Source: a virus. From it: a stretch of DNA of 34,155 nucleotides. The DNA is taken from positions 1 through 34,155 of IMG/VR virus record IMGVR_UViG_3300033518_000155; one strand, 5' to 3'. How positions within the stretch are numbered: position 1 is the stretch's first letter; every line of letters begins with the position of its first letter. Shown here piece by piece: positions 9,802 through 17,910 of this stretch. Position numbers and translations under genes: made by a program. The notes below the pieces were generated by a model. The model saw only the letters and a program-made list of their open reading frames with translations. It ran no database searches and had not been told where the DNA came from.

Positions 9802-10550
9802 TATATTCTAAAAGTGTTACTTGCTCGTAAAACTGTTCTCTCATCTCGACTACGACGTGAATAGTATTCTTTTATTGCTTCCTCATCCATCTGAATAAGC
9901 TGTGCAATGTCATTCTTGTTTACCTTTCCTTTTTCAACTAGAAATGGGAGTGAGGCTTTTCGTGCAATGTATTCGTTGTGAATATCAGGGATTCCCAATT
10001 TGATAGTAGTATCAATTGGTAGAATCTCTTTAAGAGTACGATTGTAATAAATCTTTAATCCTTTCTCTACATTGACATCACTTGCTGGATATAGCCAAAT
10101 AGAAGAGTATTGTTTATCATAGTATACTGGTTCACCTGTAACACTCATGAAGTCTGATAATGCTTGATTCTCAGCTCCACCAACGTATCCAGATGGTGTA
10201 CCTATTAATCCACTTGACGCTAAGTCTGACTGGTCAATAGGTGATATTGCTGTCCATTTACCATCGGAATTTTTTACTTCAACACGAACAATCTCTAGTA
10301 ATCCATTAGGGAAAGTATAATCTTTCTTTCCTATCTCTAAGTCGGTAGTTGCAATAGGGTAGTCATTGTGGTTTCGGTCATCCTCTTCCCACTTCCCATC
10401 TGTTTGCATTGCAATAGAAAAATAGGCATTCTGTGCTTGGTTTACTCGCCGAGTCTTTGACTTTATAGGAAAAGAGTTATTGTCTGTTGAACAGATGTCA
10501 TCCATTTCTTGAACAATTCCGTTTCCATTTGTAATATCATTGAAATACAT
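9801..10550 (-). CDS. Virion structural protein (249 aa), possible head-tail adaptor or tail tubular A analogue
   Basis: ORF between the capsid and tail genes with its own promoter. The function is inferred from position only. Confidence 0.55.
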   Translation of the reverse strand: MYFNDITNGNGIVQEMDDICSTDNNSFPIKSKTRRVNQAQNAYFSIAMQTDGKWEEDDRNHNDYPIATTDLEIGKKDYTFPNGLLEIVRVEVKNSDGKWTAISPIDQSDLASSGLIGTPSGYVGGAENQALSDFMSVTGEPVYYDKQYSSIWLYPASDVNVEKGLKIYYNRTLKEILPIDTTIKLGIPDIHNEYIARKASLPFLVEKGKVNKNDIAQLIQMDEEAIKEYYSRRSRDERTVLRASNTFRI

Positions 10551-10558
10551 ATACTTAT

Positions 10559-10567
10559 ATTATACCA
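10559..10567 (-). promoter_or_regulatory. Extended -10 promoter TGGTATAAT, 8 nt upstream of the ATG at 10550
   Basis: The minus strand reads terminator-TTTTTTTG-TGGTATAAT-ATAAGTAT-ATG. Confidence 0.6.
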
Positions 10568-10592
10568 CAAAAAAACACCTATTTGGTGTTTT
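10568..10592 (-). terminator. Intrinsic terminator after the gene at 10579..10941
   Basis: Minus strand AACACC-AAATA-GGTGTT followed by a T-run. Nearly identical to the terminator at 29941..29966. Confidence 0.65.
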
Positions 10593-10941
10593 CTGCTAGA
10601 TTACTTAGAAAACTAATCCAGTCTTCTTTTGAATTTTTTGCTTGTGAAATTACTTCGGCTGTGATATCAATTACTGTACAAAATGGTTTATCATCCTTTA
10701 GTATGAATTCGCCTGGCATTTCAGTTTCTTTAAGAGAATCCCATACTTCAATAAGTGCCAAAGCGTTAATCTTTTCATTTACTTCCTTAAAGTTTTCTTG
10801 AGCTTCTTGTGTTTTTACCCCCTGTAGTTCTTTTATACTTTCTGAGTGTTCTACAATTTTTGCATTGATTGATTCAAGCTCAGCTTTAATTTCTAGTCGC
10901 TTTTCAATAAGTTCTTTTAATCCGTCTTTTTCTATAAACAT
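10579..10941 (-). CDS. Hypothetical coiled-coil protein (120 aa), capsid-module position
   Basis: ORF bracketed by a promoter (10973..10981) and a terminator. Confidence 0.65.
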   Translation of the reverse strand: MFIEKDGLKELIEKRLEIKAELESINAKIVEHSESIKELQGVKTQEAQENFKEVNEKINALALIEVWDSLKETEMPGEFILKDDKPFCTVIDITAEVISQAKNSKEDWISFLSNLAENTK

Positions 10942-10972
10942 ATGTTATGTAATATTATCTGATAACGTGTTT

Positions 10973-10981
10973 ATTATACCA
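10973..10981 (-). promoter_or_regulatory. Extended -10 promoter TGGTATAAT, 31 nt upstream of the ATG at 10941
   Basis: Plus strand reads attatacca, directly downstream (minus sense) of the capsid-gene terminator. Confidence 0.5.
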
Positions 10982-11004
10982 TATATATTGTAATTCATAC
11001 AAAT

Positions 11005-11024
11005 AAAAAACCGCCGAAGCGATT
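11005..11024 (-). terminator. Intrinsic terminator after the major capsid gene
   Basis: Minus strand TCGC-TTCG-GCGG (UUCG tetraloop) followed by TTTTTT. Confidence 0.6.
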
Positions 11025-11030
11025 AATTTA

Positions 11031-11840
11031 TTAAGCTAAATCGAATTTAACAACAAGGTCAAGGTTGTTATTCCAAAGGATTGAGTTGTAGTATGTGTAT
11101 GCTACGAATTCTTTTCCAGTTTTACCTGAAACTCCCTTTTCTTCAATTTGAATCCCTCCGTTTGTACCAGTTGAGAATACTCGTTTGATACCTGCAAGAG
11201 CTGTGTCAGCTGGTAGCTGTGCATCTCGTACAACGTAAAGGTCAAATCCCATAAGTTGTCCTGCTAGTCCGTTTTTAAGAACTGAGTCAGCGAATGAGAA
11301 TCCGTTAGTTGCTCCCATAACTTGGAAAGCTGGAAGTGAACTGTTACCAATAACGATAAATAGTCCGTTCATTGCTTCTGAGTATCCTGATAGTTTTCCT
11401 GAAGCTTCTGCAACTGAAGCAATTACGTTTCCTGAGGTAAATCCTCCAGTAACAGTAACAGTTTCTCCTGCGTTAGTTCCTAGGTTAACGAATAGGTCTC
11501 GGTCGATAGCTTCAACAATCTTTGAGGTAGCTCCCTTTAGGAATTCCATTGCAAGGTTGTATTGTGCGAATCGTGATTCGAAGTCAAATACATGCTTGCT
11601 GTATAGTGCTTCTTTGTTTACTTCTAGAGTGTTGTCAGTAGTAGTAAGAGTTCCTACGGTATAAGTTCCTGCAACTGGTGAGTTGATTTGTACTGAACCT
11701 AGAGTTTCGTAAGGGTTTGTAAGGAATTTAACTCCATCTTGGAAGTCTGAAATTTCTCGTGCTACAACCATTGACTGCAAGTATTTTTGCATGATTGCTG
11801 CTTTCTTTCGGATTGAAAGTGTAGTGTTTGATAATGCCAT
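11031..11840 (-). CDS. Major capsid protein (269 aa)
   Basis: It follows an acidic scaffold-like ORF and is followed by a terminator. The composition is typical of small capsid proteins. The call rests on position and composition. Confidence 0.7.
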   Translation of the reverse strand: MALSNTTLSIRKKAAIMQKYLQSMVVAREISDFQDGVKFLTNPYETLGSVQINSPVAGTYTVGTLTTTDNTLEVNKEALYSKHVFDFESRFAQYNLAMEFLKGATSKIVEAIDRDLFVNLGTNAGETVTVTGGFTSGNVIASVAEASGKLSGYSEAMNGLFIVIGNSSLPAFQVMGATNGFSFADSVLKNGLAGQLMGFDLYVVRDAQLPADTALAGIKRVFSTGTNGGIQIEEKGVSGKTGKEFVAYTYYNSILWNNNLDLVVKFDLA

Positions 11841-11866
11841 AGTAAGTTTATAATGTTAGTAATGTT

Positions 11867-12400
11867 CTATCGCTTATGTCCTTTGATAAGCATTTCAAGT
11901 TCTTCATCTGATATATCATCATCACTAAAGAGACGCTCTTTTGATTTTTCTATTGAGATAGTTTTAGACTTTCCACCTCGTGAGGCAGGTAAGCTAGCTT
12001 TTTTCATCTCCTCTTGTTTAATGCGGTCATTCTCTAGTGCTAGATAAACTGAATTCTTTTGTGCTTCAATAAGTGAAATGCCTTTAATCTGTGCAATTTC
12101 CTCAAGAAGTTCCAGCTGTTCATCTGAAGTACCTTGTGCTTTCAGGACAATACGTTCGATAGATTGTTCTGGTAATTGTTTAGTATTTGTTTTGACTGGG
12201 TTTCGCTTATCTGACTGTTTCTTTTTGATAATAGCTTTTTCAGCTCGTTCTCGCTTTTCTTTTTCAGCTAGATATAGTGCCTGGTAATCAGTCGAGTCTT
12301 CTGAATCATCTTCTTCGTTCTCATCTTCCGAATCAAACTCTTCTTCTAATTCATCTTCCTCTAGGATATCGTTTTCGATATATTCGTTTTCTTGTGACAT
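11867..12400 (-). CDS. Scaffolding-like protein (177 aa), very acidic N-terminus
   Basis: DILEEDELEEEFDSEDENEEDDSEDS followed by charged helical sequence; located between the portal and capsid genes. Confidence 0.6.
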   Translation of the reverse strand: MSQENEYIENDILEEDELEEEFDSEDENEEDDSEDSTDYQALYLAEKEKRERAEKAIIKKKQSDKRNPVKTNTKQLPEQSIERIVLKAQGTSDEQLELLEEIAQIKGISLIEAQKNSVYLALENDRIKQEEMKKASLPASRGGKSKTISIEKSKERLFSDDDISDEELEMLIKGHKR

Positions 12401-12491
12401 AAACGCTAAAATGTGTTAAATGGATATTATGCCTCCACTGGCTTTTGTAAATTGTATTTGTTCAGCCGAACTATACTAAACGGCAGGGGAG

Positions 12492-12710
12492 TTAGATTCT
12501 TGGTTTATACTTGGTTTCTTTCTTATCCCCGTATTCTTCTTCTAGTTGTTTGATAGCTGTTAGTATTGCATTTTTTGCTAATACATAACCATTGGTATCC
12601 TTTCCAAGTAGTGCGTCATCGCCCGCGTTCTTATGAACAACTGACAAAAGGAACTCGCGAATTGCTTTTGCCTTCTCTGGGTTATTACCTATCTCGTGTA
12701 AATAATTCAT
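12492..12710 (-). CDS. Hypothetical protein (72 aa)
   Basis: ORF beginning 1 nt after the portal stop (TAAC-ATG). Confidence 0.6.
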   Translation of the reverse strand: MNYLHEIGNNPEKAKAIREFLLSVVHKNAGDDALLGKDTNGYVLAKNAILTAIKQLEEEYGDKKETKYKPRI

Positions 12711-12711
12711 G

Positions 12712-14475
12712 TTACTGAGTTGGTTGTTCTGCTACCTCTTGTTGTGCTTCCTGATTAGGATTACCTTGTGCAGGCGCTCCCTGTGGAAGTTGTGGCTGTT
12801 GTTGTAAGTCAAGTGGTGAAATGTCAGCTCCTGATAGTTCAATAATTTGTGAGAATATCTTGAACAATGTAGGGTCTTGTAGAATCTGTGGTGCTTGTGC
12901 TACTTGCAATAGAATATTTGACAAACTGTCAAGAATCTGTTGTTTGTTCTTCTTTTCATTTGTAATCAATACGGTCGCGTATCCTTCAAATCCTTTGAAA
13001 TAGTTTTTAGGAATGTCAAGGAATCGTTTTTGCCCGAACTGTCTATTAGCTTGTACAAGTGATTGTATCTTAGCCTCTAAGTCTTCTGTATAAAAATTAT
13101 CACCACCATCGATAATATCTTCTAGTACTTCATTGTTTGCTGTATCTGTTGCGATTGCGTTATCCATCTGATGTAGTTCTTCGATAGAGTATTCACCAGC
13201 TAGTATATGTTCGCGGTTTAGTTTCTTTACTAAGTCTGCGAGAATCCAATCATTTATAATCTCTTCTAAGAATAATCCGACTTCTTCTACTCGATAAGTA
13301 AACGTTGAGTTACCCTCTTGATTCTGGATAGCAACGCTTCGGAAAGGTGTACCAGATGGCATAGTTTCACCTGTTACTGCTTCATATGTTGACGTTGAAC
13401 GCTCAGCTTGTCTATCCCATTGCTCGATAAGTCCAGTAAATGCCGGGAATGCAGATGGCGACAGGTTAAGTGCTGAAATAGATTCCCCTCGGTTAATTCG
13501 TAGAACTTCCCCGTTAAGAATATTAGAGAAAGCGTTTGACTTATTAAGTGAGTCACTATCTGATACCATTACAGTTTTACCAGCTAGTTCAACCGCGTTG
13601 TATTGTGAAATTACATAGTTGTTAATCACTCGCTGTGATTCGAGTGAAGACTCTACAATTCCAATACCAAGTCCAAACCCTTCTCGTTCTTCATATGGTA
13701 GGTACTTGTAAGGTAGCTCATCAACCTCTTCTGAGTGGAATATCCATTGAGGTTTCTCATCTAGAATAAATACAAAGTGTCGCTGTAGTGAGTAAACAAA
13801 GTTATCATCATCTGAATAGTCTTCATCGATAGATTCTAAGTATGAAGACTTTGTAAAGTGTCCGTGTACTTCCCATACTTCTGCTTGTACTTCGTTGGTA
13901 TCCTCATCTTTCTTGAGTTTTTCCATTGCGTCTCGGACATCATTCCATATACCAATCTTTTCTGACAGTTCAACTGGTGTTAAGTAGTGTCGTTCTACAA
14001 TAGCACCGCCGAGGATGTCTTTCTGATTAACGATTACGTTTCGCCAGTCAACTACTTCTGTTCGTACATCACCTTCTTCATCGTAAGACTTCTTAACGAT
14101 TACCCCTCCATACTTAGCTCGTGTACGTCCAAGTTTATTTAGGAATTGACTAAATCGGTTTTGCTTTGCCCAGTTATAAAACTCTTTTCGTAGTACTTTA
14201 GTCTTTACTACGTCCTTAGGATTATCTGAGACAATGTCAATATCCTTTAGGTCTACATCTGTTGAGCGAACAGCAACGTTCAATCGGAAGTTAATAGCAT
14301 TGTAATAAGGCAAGTATCTTCCAATCTCGTCAATGTTTCCATTTCGGTATACAGAGTTAGTAGCAAATTCCGCGTCTGCGATAATCTCTGGTATGTGCTT
14401 TTCTAATCCTTCAACAATCGGCTGAGGTGAATCATAGTGAGCTTTTATTTCTTTTAGTTCATTAAATAAAATCAT
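12712..14475 (-). CDS. Portal protein (587 aa)
   Basis: Portal-sized ORF 4 nt downstream of the large terminase gene, with a Q/P/A-rich C-terminal tail. The call is based on position. Confidence 0.7.
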   Translation of the reverse strand: MILFNELKEIKAHYDSPQPIVEGLEKHIPEIIADAEFATNSVYRNGNIDEIGRYLPYYNAINFRLNVAVRSTDVDLKDIDIVSDNPKDVVKTKVLRKEFYNWAKQNRFSQFLNKLGRTRAKYGGVIVKKSYDEEGDVRTEVVDWRNVIVNQKDILGGAIVERHYLTPVELSEKIGIWNDVRDAMEKLKKDEDTNEVQAEVWEVHGHFTKSSYLESIDEDYSDDDNFVYSLQRHFVFILDEKPQWIFHSEEVDELPYKYLPYEEREGFGLGIGIVESSLESQRVINNYVISQYNAVELAGKTVMVSDSDSLNKSNAFSNILNGEVLRINRGESISALNLSPSAFPAFTGLIEQWDRQAERSTSTYEAVTGETMPSGTPFRSVAIQNQEGNSTFTYRVEEVGLFLEEIINDWILADLVKKLNREHILAGEYSIEELHQMDNAIATDTANNEVLEDIIDGGDNFYTEDLEAKIQSLVQANRQFGQKRFLDIPKNYFKGFEGYATVLITNEKKNKQQILDSLSNILLQVAQAPQILQDPTLFKIFSQIIELSGADISPLDLQQQPQLPQGAPAQGNPNQEAQQEVAEQPTQ

Positions 14476-14479
14476 AGTG

Positions 14480-15841
14480 TTATAGTGTTTTGTTTAGTCT
14501 AACAGTTACCTCTGGCTCGAAACTTCTTTGTGTGACTGGATAAATCTCAAAGTACATTCGCATTATCAGACAGTCAAGATGGTCAGGACTTCGCCCCAAC
14601 AAATCCTTCATATCGTCTTTCTTTATTATACCATACTTTTCGGGATTTTCCTTATCTGACTTCAATACCGATAGTTCATCAATAATTTGTTGCTTGTGTG
14701 TATCAGTCTTAATTGCAATCTGGTGCATGTTGATTTTATTAGCAAGTGTAAATGCACACTCACTTTTAAAGTTAGTATAGTTGTTCTTCATTCCTAACTT
14801 GTTGAGGCTCGCTGTTGTTTGTGAAATGAATCCCTTAACACCTCTGAGCATATCAACTAATCCACCACCAACTCCATTCTCATCAATAACTATTTGTGAG
14901 TACGGTATATTGCGTTGAATAGCAAACTCTTTTATCTTTTCAGCTGTTACCGCCAAATCTTGAACAGTGTATTCGATAGTTTCCATCAAGTTATTACCAA
15001 CCCAGTAGTGTAGTACTGTTCTGTCTTTCCCCAACCGAGCAACGTCTACAACTAGATACCGCTGAGTGTTATCTGGTACGGTATTAGTAAACAAGTCAGA
15101 CATTGCATCATAGGTAACGAGCATAGTAGGGTCATCGTCATACTCCCAGTTACCATGCAAGAGACGTTCCCGCTGGTCTTTAGAAAGAGTTCGCTTTAAT
15201 CGTTCAAGGTAACCAGCGTCAATCATCTTGTTATCTTCTGGTAGTGCTTGAATGAAAGCCTTTTGAATAGGTAGCTCTCCTTTCTTATTTACTTGGTAGT
15301 AATCAAAGTAAAGGAAGTTTTTCGACGGGTTACAACTCATTAGTATCTTACCAGTCAAACTATACTTTTCGTTTTTCCAACGCCCAACAGAAGCAGACAA
15401 GTTGTTCTTAGCATTAGTTGAGAACTCTCCAGCTTCCTCTATCCATCCTCGAGTCATCTGCATAGAACCAAATCGCTCAAAGTTAGGGTCAGATGGCATA
15501 TCTTTAGCGTCTAATAGATATACTTTCGAGCCATTTGTCAAGTAGAATATATTATCCTGTGCATTGAATTTAAAATGCTCATCGGTAATACCCCAGTGTG
15601 AGAATACTTCATAGATAGATGGGATTGTAAACTTCCGCAAGTCGTTAAGTGTTTTACGAGCAATGAAGTAGTGAGTTTCAGGATATATAAAAGCGTCACC
15701 AAATATTAGAGAACAGCCAAGATAGGATTTACCTGAACCCTTAGAACCTCCATAGACTATTTCTTCTGTTACGTTGTCTATCCATAACTTTGCTACTTCC
15801 TTTTGCTTTTCGTTACCGTTTGTATTAAAGACTATTTGCAT
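14480..15841 (-). CDS. terL: Terminase large subunit (453 aa)
   Basis: Walker A-like YGGSKGSGKS near the N-terminus. The C-terminal half has the nuclease-type segment YLVVDVARLGKDRTVL. The start overlaps the upstream stop (TAATG). Confidence 0.85.
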   Translation of the reverse strand: MQIVFNTNGNEKQKEVAKLWIDNVTEEIVYGGSKGSGKSYLGCSLIFGDAFIYPETHYFIARKTLNDLRKFTIPSIYEVFSHWGITDEHFKFNAQDNIFYLTNGSKVYLLDAKDMPSDPNFERFGSMQMTRGWIEEAGEFSTNAKNNLSASVGRWKNEKYSLTGKILMSCNPSKNFLYFDYYQVNKKGELPIQKAFIQALPEDNKMIDAGYLERLKRTLSKDQRERLLHGNWEYDDDPTMLVTYDAMSDLFTNTVPDNTQRYLVVDVARLGKDRTVLHYWVGNNLMETIEYTVQDLAVTAEKIKEFAIQRNIPYSQIVIDENGVGGGLVDMLRGVKGFISQTTASLNKLGMKNNYTNFKSECAFTLANKINMHQIAIKTDTHKQQIIDELSVLKSDKENPEKYGIIKKDDMKDLLGRSPDHLDCLIMRMYFEIYPVTQRSFEPEVTVRLNKTL

Positions 15842-16227
15842 TAGAGTATCTGCATTCCTGTAATAGTTACATCAGCAGTTATGTTAGTTTCGTTTTGAGT
15901 TTCGACCTTTGTTGAGAACTCATCTTTCATCTTACGTTCTACCCATTTCCAGCTGTTTTCCTTCTTAACATCGTCTTCTAGTTCACCCTCTCGTCGTATA
16001 GCGTCTTGGATATTAGCAAGTGCCATAAGGTTTATAGCGTCTTCCCATGCTTGTAGTTTTATAGAAAGAGCAGGGTCATTGACAACCCACTTAGAAAGTG
16101 TTGTAGGGTCAAATCCTACACGATTGCAAGCTCTATTGCGTGAAAGACCAGCCTCTAGATAAGGACGTAAACTTTCTATAATTGTATTTTTTTGTTGTTC
16201 TGTATAGGGTTTTCCTTGTTGTGACAT
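15841..16227 (-). CDS. Terminase small subunit candidate (about 128 aa), HTH-containing
   Basis: The track ORF starts at a TTG at 16245. The first ATG (MSQQGKPYTEQQ) is at 16227, 6 nt after TGTTATAAT. It has an HTH-like segment LSRNRACNRVGFDPTTLSKWV and lies immediately upstream of terL. Confidence 0.55.
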   Translation of the reverse strand: MSQQGKPYTEQQKNTIIESLRPYLEAGLSRNRACNRVGFDPTTLSKWVVNDPALSIKLQAWEDAINLMALANIQDAIRREGELEDDVKKENSWKWVERKMKDEFSTKVETQNETNITADVTITGMQIL

Positions 16228-16233
16228 ACCATA

Positions 16234-16242
16234 ATTATAACA
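16234..16242 (-). promoter_or_regulatory. Extended -10 promoter TGTTATAAT, 6 nt upstream of the ATG at 16227 (start of the packaging/structural operon)
   Basis: The minus strand reads terminator-TTTTTTTG-TGTTATAAT-TATGGT-ATG. Confidence 0.6.
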
Positions 16243-16243
16243 C

Positions 16244-16265
16244 AAAAAAAGCCCTTTTCAGGACT
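16244..16265 (-). terminator. Intrinsic terminator after the 62-aa gene
   Basis: Minus strand AGTCCT-GAAA-AGGGCT (GNRA loop, one G-U pair) followed by TTTTTTT. Confidence 0.65.
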
Positions 16266-16453
16266 TATTTAACTATTTTAATTAGTTTGCTTTGTAGGTT
16301 ACTATGTTGGTTACCTACTAGGTTACGTTGAACAGTAACTGGCTGATATCCATTTAATCTTGTTACGTCTAATATGTGATGACTAGTAATAGGCATGTTA
16401 TTACCTACAACAAATACAAACGCTAGTAATGATGTAATGATTTTCGTTTTCAT
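16265..16453 (-). CDS. Small protein (62 aa) with a hydrophobic N-terminus (signal peptide or TM)
   Basis: MKTKIITSLLAFVFVVGNN...; a TATAAT box (16462..16467) lies 8 nt upstream of the ATG. Confidence 0.55.
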   Translation of the reverse strand: MKTKIITSLLAFVFVVGNNMPITSHHILDVTRLNGYQPVTVQRNLVGNQHSNLQSKLIKIVK

Positions 16454-16461
16454 ATATACCT

Positions 16462-16467
16462 ATTATA
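16462..16467 (-). promoter_or_regulatory. -10 box TATAAT, 8 nt upstream of the ATG at 16453
   Basis: The minus strand reads GTATATAAT-AGGTATAT-ATG. Confidence 0.45.
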
Positions 16468-16570
16468 TACTATTTGAAATCATATGCAAGAAGTTATCCA
16501 CAGATTCCAACTAATCAATAATCCTTACAAGTTCAACTATCTGGTAATTCAGGATAGTTCAAAATAAATA

Positions 16571-16579
16571 TGGTATAAT
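16571..16579 (+). promoter_or_regulatory. Extended -10 promoter TGGTATAAT on the PLUS strand (the only one in this orientation)
   Basis: Plus strand reads aaatatggtataatggag, the same 9-mer used by the minus-strand genes. Confidence 0.5.
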
Positions 16580-16585
16580 GGAGTT

Positions 16586-16900
16586 ACAACACAATCAAAA
16601 CCATCTAATAGGGGAACTAGATGTTAAACTTACTCCTACCAAACACCAAGCAGTTCATAAGGTACATATGGGAAAACATGGAAAAACGACTTGCCCTTTG
16701 TCGTCCGTGTCTAATGATATGTACCGTATGGATTGATTCCAACGAGGGAGGTTTGTGATAGCTTAGCTTGTACTCTGACTGGAAACCTGATTGCTTTATA
16801 GTCTTCAATAGCTTAGAAAGGGAGAAAAGTACTATGGAGACTTTATTATAAAACAGAATAGTATTTAAGTAAAATAAAAGACACCTGATGATGTCTATTT
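16586..16900 (+). ncRNA. Candidate plus-strand transcript (~320 nt): structured sRNA or mRNA for a 45-aa Cys-containing peptide (16621..16758)
   Basis: It runs from the plus-strand promoter to the bidirectional terminator. There is a 9-bp long-range helix, GGTACATAT (16661..16669) with ATATGTACC (16717..16725), enclosing the hairpin ACGAC-N9-GTCGT. There are purine patches AGGGGA, GAGGGAGG and AAGGGAGAA. A small ORF MLNLLLPNTKQFIRYIWENMEKRLALCRPCLMICTVWIDSNEGGL is preceded by AGGGGA. Confidence 0.3.
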
Positions 16901-16904
16901 TATA
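16871..16904. terminator. Bidirectional intrinsic terminator
   Basis: AGACA-CCTGATGA-TGTCT flanked by an A-run on the left and TATTTTAT on the right. It overlaps the stop of the 47-aa minus-strand gene. Confidence 0.55.
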
Positions 16905-17038
16905 ACTTTACGTCTTATCTTTTCTATTGAATAAATAATGTTATCTATCCTGTCACTGTCTAACTTAGCTAATGCACAAGCAACGAGAAATTCTCTTTGT
17001 CTTTCTTGTATCCATTCATTCTCTTGCTCTTTGAACAT
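16895..17038 (-). CDS. Small protein (47 aa), not in the ORF track
   Basis: My translation is MFKEQENEWIQERQREFLVACALAKLDSDRIDNIIYSIEKIRRKVIK. TGCTATAAT lies 6 nt upstream of its ATG, and the terminator follows directly. Confidence 0.5.
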   Translation of the reverse strand: MFKEQENEWIQERQREFLVACALAKLDSDRIDNIIYSIEKIRRKVIK

Positions 17039-17044
17039 GCTTTT

Positions 17045-17053
17045 ATTATAGCA
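17045..17053 (-). promoter_or_regulatory. Extended -10 promoter TGCTATAAT, 6 nt upstream of the ATG at 17038
   Basis: The minus strand reads TGCTATAAT-AAAAGC-ATG; two more TATAAT boxes lie just upstream. Confidence 0.55.
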
Positions 17054-17074
17054 CGCTAATATTTATTATACAAA

Positions 17075-17338
17075 TTATACTGCTTGGTCATTGTATATAT
17101 TAATTATAAACATTATCTTATCTGATATACCATCAATAGCATGTAATGGGTCACCATTGTAATCACTTGCTATCCACGTAGAGTAATCATCTATATTTAA
17201 TTCATCCGCCCCATTTGGTTTGTCAAGTCCGTGCATTATATTATGCCCTAGTGCGTTGAATCGTACATATCCTCGATATTTACTAGGTTTTAGAAAATAA
17301 TCATATCGGTTCTTATTCTTTACTCTTAGTAGTTCCAT
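17075..17338 (-). CDS. Hypothetical protein (87 aa)
   Basis: The track ORF extends to 17419 but overlaps the upstream gene by 80 nt. The internal ATG at 17338 gives the TAAT-ATG junction used elsewhere in this genome. Confidence 0.55.
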   Translation of the reverse strand: MELLRVKNKNRYDYFLKPSKYRGYVRFNALGHNIMHGLDKPNGADELNIDDYSTWIASDYNGDPLHAIDGISDKIMFIINIYNDQAV

Positions 17339-17339
17339 A

Positions 17340-17636
17340 TTATTGTGAGTCAATTCTACGTTGTAGATTAGCCATAGCACGCCAAGCAATAGCCACATCG
17401 ACTTCAAGTCCGTCTTCATCTACATGCTCGCCTTTTGCATAGTCAATAAGATGTCTAACTAATGCGTCTTTCTCATCTGATGATTTCGTTTTATCCCAGT
17501 GTAGTTGCTGTCCTGGATTATGTTTTTGATTAGCTTTCCAAGAATGATTAGCTACCAGCATAATAGCGTCAGGGAAGTATGTTAAGAAACCACTATATAC
17601 AGGATATTCTTTTCTTTTATCGTTTGGTATTTTCAT
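17340..17636 (-). CDS. DUF5664-like protein (dATP/dGTP diphosphohydrolase N-terminal-domain family), 98 aa
   Basis: Pattern FPDAIMLVANHS..ANQKH......W.........DALVRHLIDY..GEHVDEDGLEVDVAIAWRAMANL resembles that phage family, from memory of its consensus. Confidence 0.45.
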   Translation of the reverse strand: MKIPNDKRKEYPVYSGFLTYFPDAIMLVANHSWKANQKHNPGQQLHWDKTKSSDEKDALVRHLIDYAKGEHVDEDGLEVDVAIAWRAMANLQRRIDSQ

Positions 17637-17637
17637 A

Positions 17638-17910
17638 TTACTCGATGATATTTACCTTGCTACCGTCTTTTGCAAGTTCTTCAATAAATACCCCGTATTC
17701 TGTGGGGTCTTCATTATCTACAACGAATGCGTTTACAAGTGCTATATCATAACTATCATATTCACCAACGTTCTCGCTTAAATGTATCTGATTTGTTGGA
17801 ATTGGATTATCGTTTTCATCATATCCGCCGAATTCCTCAGCTACCACATTATTAAATATATACCACTTCCCTTTATACTCTTGGAGCAAGGTCTGATTAT
17901 TCATTGACAT
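17638..17910 (-). CDS. Hypothetical protein (about 90 aa)
   Basis: ORF; the likely start is the ATG at 17910 or 17904 (MSMNNQTLLQEYKGKWY), a short overlap with the upstream stop. Confidence 0.6.
   Translation of the reverse strand: MSMNNQTLLQEYKGKWYIFNNVVAEEFGGYDENDNPIPTNQIHLSENVGEYDSYDIALVNAFVVDNEDPTEYGVFIEELAKDGSKVNIIE

Noticed and set aside
13374-13556. Alternative-frame minus-strand ORFs nested within larger genes (13374..13556 in the portal, 18812..18997 in YopX, 24900..25112 in the phosphoesterase).
   Set aside because: They lie wholly inside genes with strong family or positional support, and nothing independent supports them.
16617-16808. 63-aa minus-strand ORF in the 16.5-16.9 kb gap.
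   Set aside because: It starts at a TTG, has no -10 box, and sits between a terminator and the next promoter. The plus-strand transcript hypothesis fits the signals better.
17339-17419. N-terminal extension (with the TM-like MWLLLGVLWLIYNV) of the 17075 gene as given in the ORF track.
   Set aside because: The extension overlaps the preceding gene by 80 nt. The internal ATG at 17338 reproduces the TAAT-ATG coupling junction seen at four other gene pairs.
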